A stretch of DNA of 64,000 nt from Candidatus Latescibacterota bacterium (GTDB taxonomy: Bacteria; Latescibacterota; UBA2968; GCA-2709665): NCBI GenBank assembly GCA_965222075.1, contig OZ244937.1:128001-192000 (forward strand), read 5' to 3'. Every line of letters starts with the position of its first letter. Positions within the stretch are counted from its first letter, which is position 1. The notes beneath the pieces were generated by a model, which had not been told where the DNA came from, ran no database searches, and saw nothing but the letters and a program-made list of their open reading frames with translations. This document shows positions 27,391 through 36,769 of this stretch, one piece after another. The translations under genes were made by a program, and so were the position numbers.

Positions 27391-29385
27391 ATGGACGATC
27401 CTGTTTCGGTACAGAAACGAGATGAAAGCGCCGGGGTTCTCCAGGCGTCGGTCCCCCCCCTCACGACTCGTGCGGTAACGCCCCGAGCTCTGGGAACGGC
27501 CCTGCTGATCATCGTGGCCGGCGTGCTCTGGGACGAGTGGGCGGCCTACTACCTCCGCGGATCGCGGTTGACCCGCAGTCACTTTCCGATGGCGGTATTC
27601 TTCCCGTTTCTGTCGGTGACGGTCCTCAGTATGCTGATAAACCGGTTCCGGCCGGGTCGGGGGTTGACCAGGCCGGAGTTGCTGGTCGTGCTGGGGATGG
27701 GCCTGGTGGCCATGACGATACCTTTCGACGGCCTGACGGGAGGGCTGATCGGAATCCTGGGCGGGTCCACCTATCTGGCCTCCCCCGAAAACGGCTGGGC
27801 GCTCTACATCCACGACCACATCCCGGCCTGGCTGGTGCCCCACGACCGGGGCAACGCCATCGTCTGGTTCTACGAGGGCGTACCACCCCGGGGAGAGTTT
27901 CCCGCCTTGGGGGCCTGGGTCACTCCCCTGTTCTGGTGGACCACCCTGGTCGGGGGGCTGGCCTTCTCCCTGTTCTGCCTGGTCGTGATGCTCCGCAAGC
28001 AGTGGTCCGAGCACGAACGCCTGACCTATCCCCTGATGGAAGTTGGGCAGATGCTGACGGAGACGGAAGCCGGCGGACGGATGCCGGCGCTTTTCCGCTC
28101 CCCGCTCTTCTGGTCGGGCTTCGGGCTGGTGATGGGACTCAAGATGTGGAACGTGGTCTCCTATTTCTCCCCCCTCTTTCCAGCAGTTCCGTTTGAGGGG
28201 GCACGGCTTATCCTGATGCCCGACTTTCCCCATCTGATCCGGCGCGTCAGCTTCTATGCCGTCGGGTTCGGCTACTTCGCCCGGCTGGACGTGCTGTTCA
28301 GCGTCTGGTTCTTCTTGCTGGCGACCGGGTTCGAGGTGTTCGCGTTCAACCGGTTGGGCTACGCCCTCGGCGCCTCGGAGGATCAATGGTCCAGCGTGGC
28401 GCTCTCTTGGCAAAGCCTCGGTGCGCTCATATTTCTGGCCGGCTGGAGCCTCTGGATGGCTAGGGTCCACCTGGGCAACGTCTGGCGGAAGGCCCTACAC
28501 CCCGGCTGCGAGGTGGACGACAGCAGAGAGCTCATCTCCTATCGTCTGGCCGTCCTCGGCCTCGCGGGCTCCCTGCTCTTTGTCGGCGGATGGCTGCACG
28601 CGGCCGGGATGGAACCCACGGTTGTACTCACGTTTCTGCCGGTCTCGCTGCTCATCTACCTGGGACTCTCCAGAGTGGTGGCGGAGCTGGGCCTGGTCTA
28701 CGTCTACCACACAGTCTACCCCTACAGGGCGATGATCCAGGCCTGGGGCACCCAGACCCTTGGCCATTCCAGCGTCACAACCCTCTCGTTCATGCACGTC
28801 TTCCACAGCCTGGGTCGGGGGTTTGTCACCCCGGCGTTCACCCAGGCGGTCAAGGCCGTTGAATGGGTCGCCAGCCCCAGAAAGATCGCCTTCGCGCTCT
28901 GGTTGGCCCTGGCTGTCGCTCTGGCCGTCTCCATCTCCGATACGCTCGCACTCGGGTATTATTACGGCGGATACAACATGAAAGGTCAGATGCTCTGGGC
29001 CCCCCGCACGACCTTCAACTACACCGTCTCGGCCATTCGAAATCCCGCCCCGCCGGGAGGCGAGGGACGCGTCGCGTGGGCCGCCATAGGCGCCGTGGCT
29101 ATGGCGTTGCTCACGCTGGTACGCTACAGGGCGCCCTGGTGGCCGCTCCACCCGATCGGATTGGCCATACAGGGGGGCTGGGGCGTCACCAAGTCCGGTA
29201 TGTCCGTCTTCCTGGTCTGGGCGGTCAAGTCCATCATCGTTCGGATCGGAGGGGCCGGACTCTACGAGCGGGGAAAGCCCTTTTTTGTCGGGATCCTCGC
29301 GGGCCAGGCGCTCAGTACGGCCGTGATCTTCGTCATCGATATGATCTGGTTTCCGATAAAGGGCCACAATGTTCACAATTACTGA
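27391..29385 (+). CDS. DUF6785/DUF6784-like polytopic membrane protein (copy 2)
   Basis: Paralogue of 20978-22972: YLASPENGW, QWSEHERLTYP, LDVLFSVWFF, DDSRELISYR, WPLHPIG. Confidence 0.8.
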   Translation: MDDPVSVQKRDESAGVLQASVPPLTTRAVTPRALGTALLIIVAGVLWDEWAAYYLRGSRLTRSHFPMAVFFPFLSVTVLSMLINRFRPGRGLTRPELLVVLGMGLVAMTIPFDGLTGGLIGILGGSTYLASPENGWALYIHDHIPAWLVPHDRGNAIVWFYEGVPPRGEFPALGAWVTPLFWWTTLVGGLAFSLFCLVVMLRKQWSEHERLTYPLMEVGQMLTETEAGGRMPALFRSPLFWSGFGLVMGLKMWNVVSYFSPLFPAVPFEGARLILMPDFPHLIRRVSFYAVGFGYFARLDVLFSVWFFLLATGFEVFAFNRLGYALGASEDQWSSVALSWQSLGALIFLAGWSLWMARVHLGNVWRKALHPGCEVDDSRELISYRLAVLGLAGSLLFVGGWLHAAGMEPTVVLTFLPVSLLIYLGLSRVVAELGLVYVYHTVYPYRAMIQAWGTQTLGHSSVTTLSFMHVFHSLGRGFVTPAFTQAVKAVEWVASPRKIAFALWLALAVALAVSISDTLALGYYYGGYNMKGQMLWAPRTTFNYTVSAIRNPAPPGGEGRVAWAAIGAVAMALLTLVRYRAPWWPLHPIGLAIQGGWGVTKSGMSVFLVWAVKSIIVRIGGAGLYERGKPFFVGILAGQALSTAVIFVIDMIWFPIKGHNVHNY

Positions 29386-29599
29386 TTTTGAGCCCAAAAA
29401 CCTCTTGGAACACCGAAGGATCGGGTTTGTGGCGAGGTGGCACCGCGATGAGCTGTTAGACATCGACATCAATTATTGACGTCAAGTTTGGGGTTTCCGC
29501 TGATTTCAGAGATATTTTTAACGTAAATCTTTGTTTTTAATAAGGTTATAGCATATGCAACGGCCTCTCAGGGAGCAGATCGATCCCTCTGGAAAGAGC

Positions 29600-29628
29600 T
29601 TGACATCGGCACAAACTATCGTTAATCT
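29600..29628 (+). promoter_or_regulatory. Putative sigma70-type promoter of cassette 2
   Basis: TTGACA (29600-29605), 17 bp spacer, TAATCT (29623-29628). Confidence 0.7.
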
Positions 29629-29630
29629 AT

Positions 29631-29644
29631 TGTAAGCGCTTACA
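29631..29644. promoter_or_regulatory. LacI/GalR-type operator (perfect palindrome)
   Basis: TGTAAGCGCTTACA is a 14-bp perfect palindrome with central CG, immediately downstream of the -10 box. Confidence 0.8.
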
Positions 29645-29737
29645 CAATTGGCGAGAAGGGGCTGCCGGCGCTCAGATATCTAGAGATGGGTCAATCCTTT
29701 TGTAGGGGAGTTCTCACACGAGCAAGGAGGTCAGCCT

Positions 29738-29785
29738 ATGATGAGCTTTACCCAAAAGGGAGGGGCGGAGCGTCGATTGGAATGA
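29738..29785 (+). other. SD-led mini-ORF (15 aa, MMSFTQKGGAERRLE) upstream of TonB-dependent receptor 2
   Basis: AAGGAGGTCAGCCTATG followed by 15 codons and TGA. Confidence 0.35.
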
Positions 29786-29831
29786 CACCATTCAGTAGCG
29801 GTCGGGGTCACTCGCGAAGGAGGTCATCGAT

Positions 29832-32800
29832 ATGAATCGATGGATATTAATATGTCTCACAGTTGCCGCCGGCGTCTGCCTGGCAGTCGCACCGGCGGAA
29901 TCCCAGATCCTATCCGGGAAAATGACCGGTGTCGTGACGGATCCGAACGGATCCTCGCTGCCCGGCGCCAACGTCGTCGTTAAGGGCACCCGCTACGGGA
30001 CCACGGCCGACCCCGAAGGGGTCTACGTGATCCTCGGCGTGGAGCCCGGCGTCTACGAAATTGAGGCCTCGCTCGTCGGCTACAGCACGGTCGTCCGCAA
30101 GAACGTGCGCGTGGTCGGGGGCCGGAGCATCAAGGCCAACTTCACCCTGCGGGAGACCGCGATCCAGGCCGAGGAGATTGTCGTCACCGCAAAGCACCCG
30201 CTCATCGAGGTCGACCGCACCGGGAGCGAGACCAAGATCCTGAAGGAGGCCATCGAGCAGGTCCCGATCATCCGAGACGTGCAGGGACACCTCGAGCACG
30301 TCTCCGGTGTGGACGTGCTCAGCGCCCGGGACGGAGGACGAGGCTATACTGACGACAACGGCATCCGCATCCGCCGGCAGGTCGGGGATACGATGGGTTC
30401 CGGCCAGACCTGGACCCTCGACGGCATGGAGTTAACCATCCTCGATGTCGGATTCATCAGCAACCTGCGGCAGTACAACAACCTCCCGGTCACCGCCATC
30501 TCCGAAATGGCGATCGTCAAAGGCGGCATCGACGCCTCCCAGGCCTCGGCCGTCGCCGGCGTCATCAACATGGTCTCGCGCGAGGGCACCCGGGCTATCC
30601 ACGGGGGGATCGACGTGAGAATCGAGCCCTCCGGGAGACGCCACCGCGGGCCCAACATCTACGACGCGGTCGCCGGCCAGGCCGGCGGGACGAACGGGCT
30701 GTGGCGGGACAAGCTCAAGTGGGACGACCCGGACTGGGTCAACGAAGTCGACTCGGTTACCGGCGAGCAGGTCCACGTCAGGCAGGATTACGAGGGCGCG
30801 ATCGGGCACTTGGTTGAGGGGTGGGTCTCCGGTCCCCTGGGCGAGAACACCACCTTCTTCGTCAGCGGCAAGACCAGCCGGGACAAGGTTGTCTTTCCCG
30901 CCCCGGAGCGGATCGGGCTCCGGCAGTGGTCCATCTTTGGGAAACTCACCCATACCCTCGCGGACAACCTCAAACTCAAAATCGCCTACAACCAGTCGAA
31001 CGAGCCAAAGTACCAGGGAGACGTCCGGGGTCCGGGCGACGTCCTGGGTTCCACCTCCAACCTCTTCCTGGTCAACGGGTTCACCGGATACGAGGAGCAG
31101 CACCGGAACCGCGTCGTCTACGCCACCGTCACCCACGCGATCAGCCCCCGGACCTTCCAGGAGATGCAGGTCGGCTTTTTCGGCACGATCGTCGACACCA
31201 CCGACAAAACGCCCACGACCTCGGGGGGCTGGCGGAAGGACGAGGACGGCAAGTTCAACCTCTATCGAGACTACAGGCGGCTCTACGTCGACAACAACCG
31301 GCGCTACAACCTCCGCTACGACCTCACCAGCCAGGTGACCCGGCGAAACCTGCTCAGGACCGGGTTCACCTACCAGATTTTCAATAACACCAACATGCAG
31401 TTCGTGCAGAATAACGCCTCCCGGGGATCCATCAAGATCATCGCCGGGGGAGACTACCTCCCCGGTGAGCGCTACACCGCCCAACGGTTCAACTGGTATT
31501 TCTCGGACAAGGTCGAGTTCCAGGGCCTGATCGTCAACTTCGGCCTCCGCTACGACCGCCTCTGGGGCGGGCCGGAAAAGGCGATCGGGGGCTGGTACCG
31601 CGGGCAGCCAGGGCTCCGGACTTACAATGCCTTTGTCACCCGCACCCCTCGGGGAAAGATGAGACCGCTGGCCACCTGGTCACCCCGGATCGGGGTCTCC
31701 CACCCGCTCACCGACCGGGCGGTGCTCCGCTACTCCTTCGGGCTCTACTACAAACCGGCGATGTTCGGGCAGATCTGGGGCGAGGGCTTTGTCGGCACCA
31801 ACCTCAAGGTTGATCCCACCCTCGCGCCGGGGGCCACCACCTGGATGGACGACACCAACGGCACCGGAACCGCCTGGCGGATGGACAGCACCTGGCACAA
31901 CCCGAGCGGGCTTACCAACACGACCGAGTTCGAGGCGGCGGCCGAATGGAACTTCGTCAGCGACCTCGTCCTGGACGTGGGAACCTACTTCCGCCGGGTG
32001 GAGCGCGTCACCGGGCTCACCCTCAAGCGTTGGTGGGACCCCATCCAGGGCCTGCTAAACCGGCACGGCGGCAACGGCCCCCACGGGCGGTTCGAGTCCA
32101 AGGGCCTGGAGCTTTCGGTTTACAAGCCCTTCTCCGAAAACTTCTCGTTCCAGACCTCCTTGGACGTCGGGTGGAGCTTCTACAACATCGCCTCCGGGAT
32201 CGGGGTGCCCCGCGGGCACTACTTCTACCCCGACTCGACATTTATCGCCAGCCCCCACTACTTCCTGACGGACAAGGATGATAACCCGGTGGCGCTCACG
32301 GATGCACAGGTCCGAGACATCGGCCACGCCGCCAACGAGCAACTCAAGTCCCTGGGCAGATCGCTCGAGAACCAGACCAACACCCGGGTCCGGACCGGCC
32401 CGCTCACGCCCCTCAGGGACTACCCCGACTTCACGGATGAGGAGCGGAACCGGTCGGATATCCAGGGGATCTGGTTTACCGAACGGTATCTGAATGACCA
32501 GCGGGTCCGCATCTTTGCGCCCCCGGTGGCCAACGCCTCCTTTCAGTTCCTCTGGTCCACTCCCCCCGACTGGGGTCCCGGGCCGCTCGTGGGCGGCGCC
32601 AGGCTGCTCGGAGGCATCCAGGCCAACCTGGTCTGGCGCTACGACAGCGGGCAGGTGATCAAGTTCACCCCGGCAGGGGCTTCGACCGAAGTCTCCCGCA
32701 GGGGCCCGCAGTTCGTCCGCACGGACCTGAACTTCCAGAAGAGCCTCGCATTCGGGATCGTCCGACCCACCCTTTACGCGGAGGTCTTCAACCTGTTCAA

Positions 32801-32966
32801 CTCCCAGGTCGACCGGGAGCGCAGCTATCCCGGGGTCAACTACCTCCGGTGGGGGCTCTACAGACCCGCCCCCAACGACAAGAACCTGCAGAAGTTCGGC
32901 GACCCCAGGCCCTTCCGGGGCGGCGATGCCCGCTACGTCAACCTGGGGGTGCGGGTCCGATTCTAG
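29832..32966 (+). CDS. TonB-dependent receptor (copy 2)
   Basis: Paralogue of 7081-10131, sharing HVRQDYEGAIGHLVEGWVSGPL, NRRYNLRYD and YVNLGVRV.F; AAGGAGGT RBS. Confidence 0.92.
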   Translation: MNRWILICLTVAAGVCLAVAPAESQILSGKMTGVVTDPNGSSLPGANVVVKGTRYGTTADPEGVYVILGVEPGVYEIEASLVGYSTVVRKNVRVVGGRSIKANFTLRETAIQAEEIVVTAKHPLIEVDRTGSETKILKEAIEQVPIIRDVQGHLEHVSGVDVLSARDGGRGYTDDNGIRIRRQVGDTMGSGQTWTLDGMELTILDVGFISNLRQYNNLPVTAISEMAIVKGGIDASQASAVAGVINMVSREGTRAIHGGIDVRIEPSGRRHRGPNIYDAVAGQAGGTNGLWRDKLKWDDPDWVNEVDSVTGEQVHVRQDYEGAIGHLVEGWVSGPLGENTTFFVSGKTSRDKVVFPAPERIGLRQWSIFGKLTHTLADNLKLKIAYNQSNEPKYQGDVRGPGDVLGSTSNLFLVNGFTGYEEQHRNRVVYATVTHAISPRTFQEMQVGFFGTIVDTTDKTPTTSGGWRKDEDGKFNLYRDYRRLYVDNNRRYNLRYDLTSQVTRRNLLRTGFTYQIFNNTNMQFVQNNASRGSIKIIAGGDYLPGERYTAQRFNWYFSDKVEFQGLIVNFGLRYDRLWGGPEKAIGGWYRGQPGLRTYNAFVTRTPRGKMRPLATWSPRIGVSHPLTDRAVLRYSFGLYYKPAMFGQIWGEGFVGTNLKVDPTLAPGATTWMDDTNGTGTAWRMDSTWHNPSGLTNTTEFEAAAEWNFVSDLVLDVGTYFRRVERVTGLTLKRWWDPIQGLLNRHGGNGPHGRFESKGLELSVYKPFSENFSFQTSLDVGWSFYNIASGIGVPRGHYFYPDSTFIASPHYFLTDKDDNPVALTDAQVRDIGHAANEQLKSLGRSLENQTNTRVRTGPLTPLRDYPDFTDEERNRSDIQGIWFTERYLNDQRVRIFAPPVANASFQFLWSTPPDWGPGPLVGGARLLGGIQANLVWRYDSGQVIKFTPAGASTEVSRRGPQFVRTDLNFQKSLAFGIVRPTLYAEVFNLFNSQVDRERSYPGVNYLRWGLYRPAPNDKNLQKFGDPRPFRGGDARYVNLGVRVRF

Positions 32967-32986
32967 CCTTCCCTGAATCCAATCGA

Positions 32987-33029
32987 ATCGGTGGTTGGGT
33001 GGGCAACCGGCTCACCCCGCCACCCCGAT
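32987..33029 (+). other. Intergenic imperfect stem-loop between receptor 2 and CTD protein 2
   Basis: ATCGG-TGG..GGGTGGGC pairs with GCTCACCC..CCACC..CCGAT. Confidence 0.45.
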
Positions 33030-33048
33030 ATTTCGAGAGAGGACCGAT

Positions 33049-35577
33049 ATGCGCATGAAAATGCTCGTCATTTCGGCGGCTGTCCTCGTGGTGGGGACGC
33101 TCGCTGCCTGCGCGGACGCGCAGGACGTCATCGGCGGAACGGCCAACCAGCTCCTCGAACCCCGGCAGCTCACCCGGGGGCAGCTTTGGCTCTCTTACTT
33201 CAACACCGGCGCCTCGGGCTACCGGCACCCCGAGCAGGCCACCGGAAATCTCTTCGCCGACCTCAACTACCCGGGCACCTACATCCCGGGCGGGGACGAC
33301 TTCCAGGAGCACTTCGGGGCCCGCTCCTTCCTCTACGACCAGATCGACATCCAGACTCTCCAGGCCCGCGGCCACGGCTGGTACACCGCCGTCAAGGTGG
33401 ACGGCCAGGAGTCCGTCAGCTACGCCAGCTCCCTCGTCAAGGCCAAGGAGGAGAGCGATGACGTCCTGATGATGACGGTCGACCCGACCGTCGACTTCGG
33501 GGGGCGCTTCGCCAGCGTCGGCAACGACGTGATCAACCCCCGGTCCAGCCGGTCCATGGGCACCTGGTGGCCCGGTACCGGCGTCGTCAACGACGCCAAG
33601 AAGCCGGTCGAGATCCTGAACTACCGGTCCGGGCAATACAACAGCGCCGCCACGGACAACTTCCCCGAGAATATTATCCTCTCCAAGTGGACGACCAAGA
33701 CGGGCATCACCGGCCACAAGGCCGCCTACGCCTGGAACCACCCGGAATACGACGACTTCATCATCGAGGAGTGGATCTGGGAAAACACCGGGGATACGGA
33801 CGGCGACCGGGTGGCCGACCTGCCGGGCGGGGGTCACGACCTGCAGAACGTCTACTTCGGCCTCCACAACCGATTCACCACCTCCTCCTCCGGTTACCGG
33901 GGCAGCCACACCGCCTGGTACTGGGACTGGGGACCGCTGGATTCCTGTTTCAGCCGCTTCCAGCCCAACGCCGATAACGGGCAGGACGACAAGATCAAGT
34001 ATACCGAGTCCCCCAACTACGACGGGCCGGCCTCGGCCGTCGGATTGAAGCTCACCTACCAGTACGACTGGAACAACTTCTGCCTCACCGGGTCCCTGGC
34101 CGACGACGTCGGGGACCCCTGGCGCTCCGTGCTCAAGGCCGCCACCCGCCCGGTCCCCGACTTCACCGACGATGGGGACCTGCTTGGCATCGCTTACGTG
34201 GGCGTCGCGGATATCGACACCGACCCAACCGACGGGTTCATCGGGGACAATGAGGTCTACATCGCCCCCGACGTCGCCCAGCAGCCCTTCGCGCACAACT
34301 TCTTCCACCACGTCCACCGCCAGCAGGACGGCAACACCCGCTCCGACCTGGTCACCGACGAGCCCAATCCGTTCGAAATGAGCGACGCGGTCATGTACCA
34401 GCTCATCACCCGCTCTCCCCCGCTCTCCTACTTCGAGCCGTTCACCTCCCACGACGCCGCCCTGGCCCGCCCCACCCGCGCCTCGGGCGACGAGAATCTG
34501 GGAGTGCCCCTGCTCCCCCTCCCGGACGACCCGACCGAGCCGATGCCCGTCGGACCCATCCCGGAATGGGAGTGGGTCAACCGGCACGGGATCGCGGCCG
34601 CCTACTCGGTGATAGACACCTACGGCCCCTACGACATGGCGCCCGGCGACAAGGTCAAGCTCGTGATCGCCTACGTCGCCGGAGCCCCCGTGGAGCACAG
34701 CTTCAGGACCTACCGCCGGCAGCAGGACAACAGCGAACTCAAAAAGGAGGAGGGCGGCGCCGCCTTCACCAACCTGATCAAGCACCTGAACAAGGCCAAG
34801 GAGGCCTACGCCCTCGGGTTTGACCTCCCCAACCAGCCGCCCGACGTGAACGCCACCCTGCAGTCCTCTGAAAACGCCCGCTCCGAGCTGGTCTGGTCGA
34901 ACGACGCGGACGGGGCCATCAACCCGGACACCGGGCAGCCCGACGTCGCCGGCTACCGCGTCTATCGGTCGGAGACCCTTCCGGACATGTGGGTCCAGTT
35001 CGCCGACGTCAAGGTCGGGACCGCGAGTTCCGGGACCTACCGGGTCGAAGACCCGGAATCGGTCTCCGGCTTCCAGTACCTCTACCAGGTCCGCTCCTAC
35101 CAGGGCAGCGCCAACTCCGGGTTTGTCAGCCGGGTCACGGGCGCCACGGTGGCGGGCGGCGTCTCCGCCTACGAATCGGGTCCGGGAGACCCCTCCACCT
35201 TCTACTACCCTGACGGCGGCGTGAACGGACTCAGCCCGGTGCAGGTCGCCTCGGCCGACGCGGACCGGATGGAGAAGCAGGTCGCGGTGGTCCCCAACCC
35301 CTACATTGATGATGGTATCCATAGCTATGAAGGCACCGTCAAGCTCCGGATCATAAACCTGCCGAGGCGGGCCAAGCTCCGGATCTATTCCATGGCGGGC
35401 GACCTGGTCGGTGCCCTGGATCACGAGTCCGATACGGTGGGGGAACGGAGCTACTACCAGCTCAACAGGCTGATAACGAATGAGATCCAGTTCGGCACCT
35501 ACATCCTGGTCGTCGAGTCGTTGATGCCCGAGAGCCTGGGTCAGACGCAGTTCACCAAATTTGTGATCATTCGCTGA
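33049..35577 (+). CDS. Large secreted protein with FN3-like and T9SS-like C-terminal domain (copy 2)
   Basis: Paralogue of 10193-12721, sharing DDKIKYTESPNYDGP, NLGVPLL..PD.PTEPMP, DLPNQPPDV and KFVIIR. Start ATG 33049 follows GAGAGGA. Confidence 0.85.
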   Translation: MRMKMLVISAAVLVVGTLAACADAQDVIGGTANQLLEPRQLTRGQLWLSYFNTGASGYRHPEQATGNLFADLNYPGTYIPGGDDFQEHFGARSFLYDQIDIQTLQARGHGWYTAVKVDGQESVSYASSLVKAKEESDDVLMMTVDPTVDFGGRFASVGNDVINPRSSRSMGTWWPGTGVVNDAKKPVEILNYRSGQYNSAATDNFPENIILSKWTTKTGITGHKAAYAWNHPEYDDFIIEEWIWENTGDTDGDRVADLPGGGHDLQNVYFGLHNRFTTSSSGYRGSHTAWYWDWGPLDSCFSRFQPNADNGQDDKIKYTESPNYDGPASAVGLKLTYQYDWNNFCLTGSLADDVGDPWRSVLKAATRPVPDFTDDGDLLGIAYVGVADIDTDPTDGFIGDNEVYIAPDVAQQPFAHNFFHHVHRQQDGNTRSDLVTDEPNPFEMSDAVMYQLITRSPPLSYFEPFTSHDAALARPTRASGDENLGVPLLPLPDDPTEPMPVGPIPEWEWVNRHGIAAAYSVIDTYGPYDMAPGDKVKLVIAYVAGAPVEHSFRTYRRQQDNSELKKEEGGAAFTNLIKHLNKAKEAYALGFDLPNQPPDVNATLQSSENARSELVWSNDADGAINPDTGQPDVAGYRVYRSETLPDMWVQFADVKVGTASSGTYRVEDPESVSGFQYLYQVRSYQGSANSGFVSRVTGATVAGGVSAYESGPGDPSTFYYPDGGVNGLSPVQVASADADRMEKQVAVVPNPYIDDGIHSYEGTVKLRIINLPRRAKLRIYSMAGDLVGALDHESDTVGERSYYQLNRLITNEIQFGTYILVVESLMPESLGQTQFTKFVIIR

Positions 35578-35587
35578 GGAGGTCGCC

Positions 35588-36556
35588 ATGCGAAACCTAT
35601 TTCTGTTTGGATGGGCAGCGGCCTTCGCCGCGATCCTCATCTCTTCGCCGGCCGCGGCGGGGATCTCGGGCCAGACGCCCCTGGGCGAGAGCTACGCCAG
35701 CTTCTTAGAGGTGGCCCAGGGGGCCAGACCCGCCGGGATGGGGGATGCCTACGTGGCCGTGGCGGACGACATCACGAGCGTCTTCTGGAACGTGGCCGGA
35801 CTGACCAAGATGGCCAGGAACCGGTTCCAGTTCACCTTTACCAACACCCAGTGGATAGCCGACACCCAGTTCAACTCCGGGGCCGTGGGAATCAACACCA
35901 ACTACGGGGCGATCGCCTTCAGCTTTGTCGCCCTCGACCCCGGCGACATCGAGGAGCGGACCATCTTCCAGCCGGATGGGACCGGCCGGATGGTCGACAA
36001 CGGGAGCTGGGCATTCGGCCTCGCCTACGCCAAGCAATTCACCGACCGGATGTCCGTCGGCGGACAGGGCCGGATCTTCGAAGAGCGGCTCGACACCGAC
36101 TACGGCTACCGCGTGTTCGACCTGGCCGTGGGGGGGATCTACCACACCGGGTTCCGCAGCCTGCGAATCGCGATGTCCCTCCGCAACTTTGGGAAGGACA
36201 AGGTGCTCCTCTCCGATGAACAGAGCCGGAGCAAGATGCCGGTCATCTTCAACGTTGCCGCGGCCGCAGAGGTGCTGGGCACCAAGGAGGATCCGGTCTA
36301 CCTGACCGGCGCCTTCGAGGCCCTCTACAACGTGGCGGTGGAGAAGCGCATCCACGTCGGCGGCGAGCTCTGGCTGCGCAACATCCTGGCGCTCCGGGGC
36401 GGCTACAAGTGGAACTACGACGCCCAGGATTTCACTGTGGGAGCCGGCCTGAAGCTGCAGCGAGGCGTCCACTACCTCCAGGCCGACATCGCCTGGGTGG
36501 ACTTCGGAAAGGACTTCGGCGCCCCCCTCCGCGTCTCCGTGACGGGCTCCTTTTGA
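35588..36556 (+). CDS. PorV/PorQ-family outer-membrane barrel (copy 2)
   Basis: ASFLEVAQGARPAGMGDAYVAVADDITSVFWNVAGL; same length (322 aa) as copy 1; ends TGSF. Confidence 0.9.
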   Translation: MRNLFLFGWAAAFAAILISSPAAAGISGQTPLGESYASFLEVAQGARPAGMGDAYVAVADDITSVFWNVAGLTKMARNRFQFTFTNTQWIADTQFNSGAVGINTNYGAIAFSFVALDPGDIEERTIFQPDGTGRMVDNGSWAFGLAYAKQFTDRMSVGGQGRIFEERLDTDYGYRVFDLAVGGIYHTGFRSLRIAMSLRNFGKDKVLLSDEQSRSKMPVIFNVAAAAEVLGTKEDPVYLTGAFEALYNVAVEKRIHVGGELWLRNILALRGGYKWNYDAQDFTVGAGLKLQRGVHYLQADIAWVDFGKDFGAPLRVSVTGSF

Positions 36557-36769
36557 CCCATCGTCCAACCTCACGACAGAGTGAGGACAGACTCTACGTC
36601 CTTCGAGGGAAACTCAACGATATTAGGGTAACCGGGTTAGCGGTTCAGACCCGCACGGCCTCAGGGGCGCAGCGAATTTCTCGGTTGGTCCAGTGGACGG
36701 AATCCGGGCCATTTTGTGCTGCACCCCGCCGACGGTGCGGGTCTTTCTTTGCCCATTTGGGACATCCTA

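Noticed and set aside
32938-35640. 900-aa minus-strand ORF and other long antisense ORFs
   Set aside because: They are shadows of well-supported plus-strand genes in GC-rich DNA, with no recognisable motifs.
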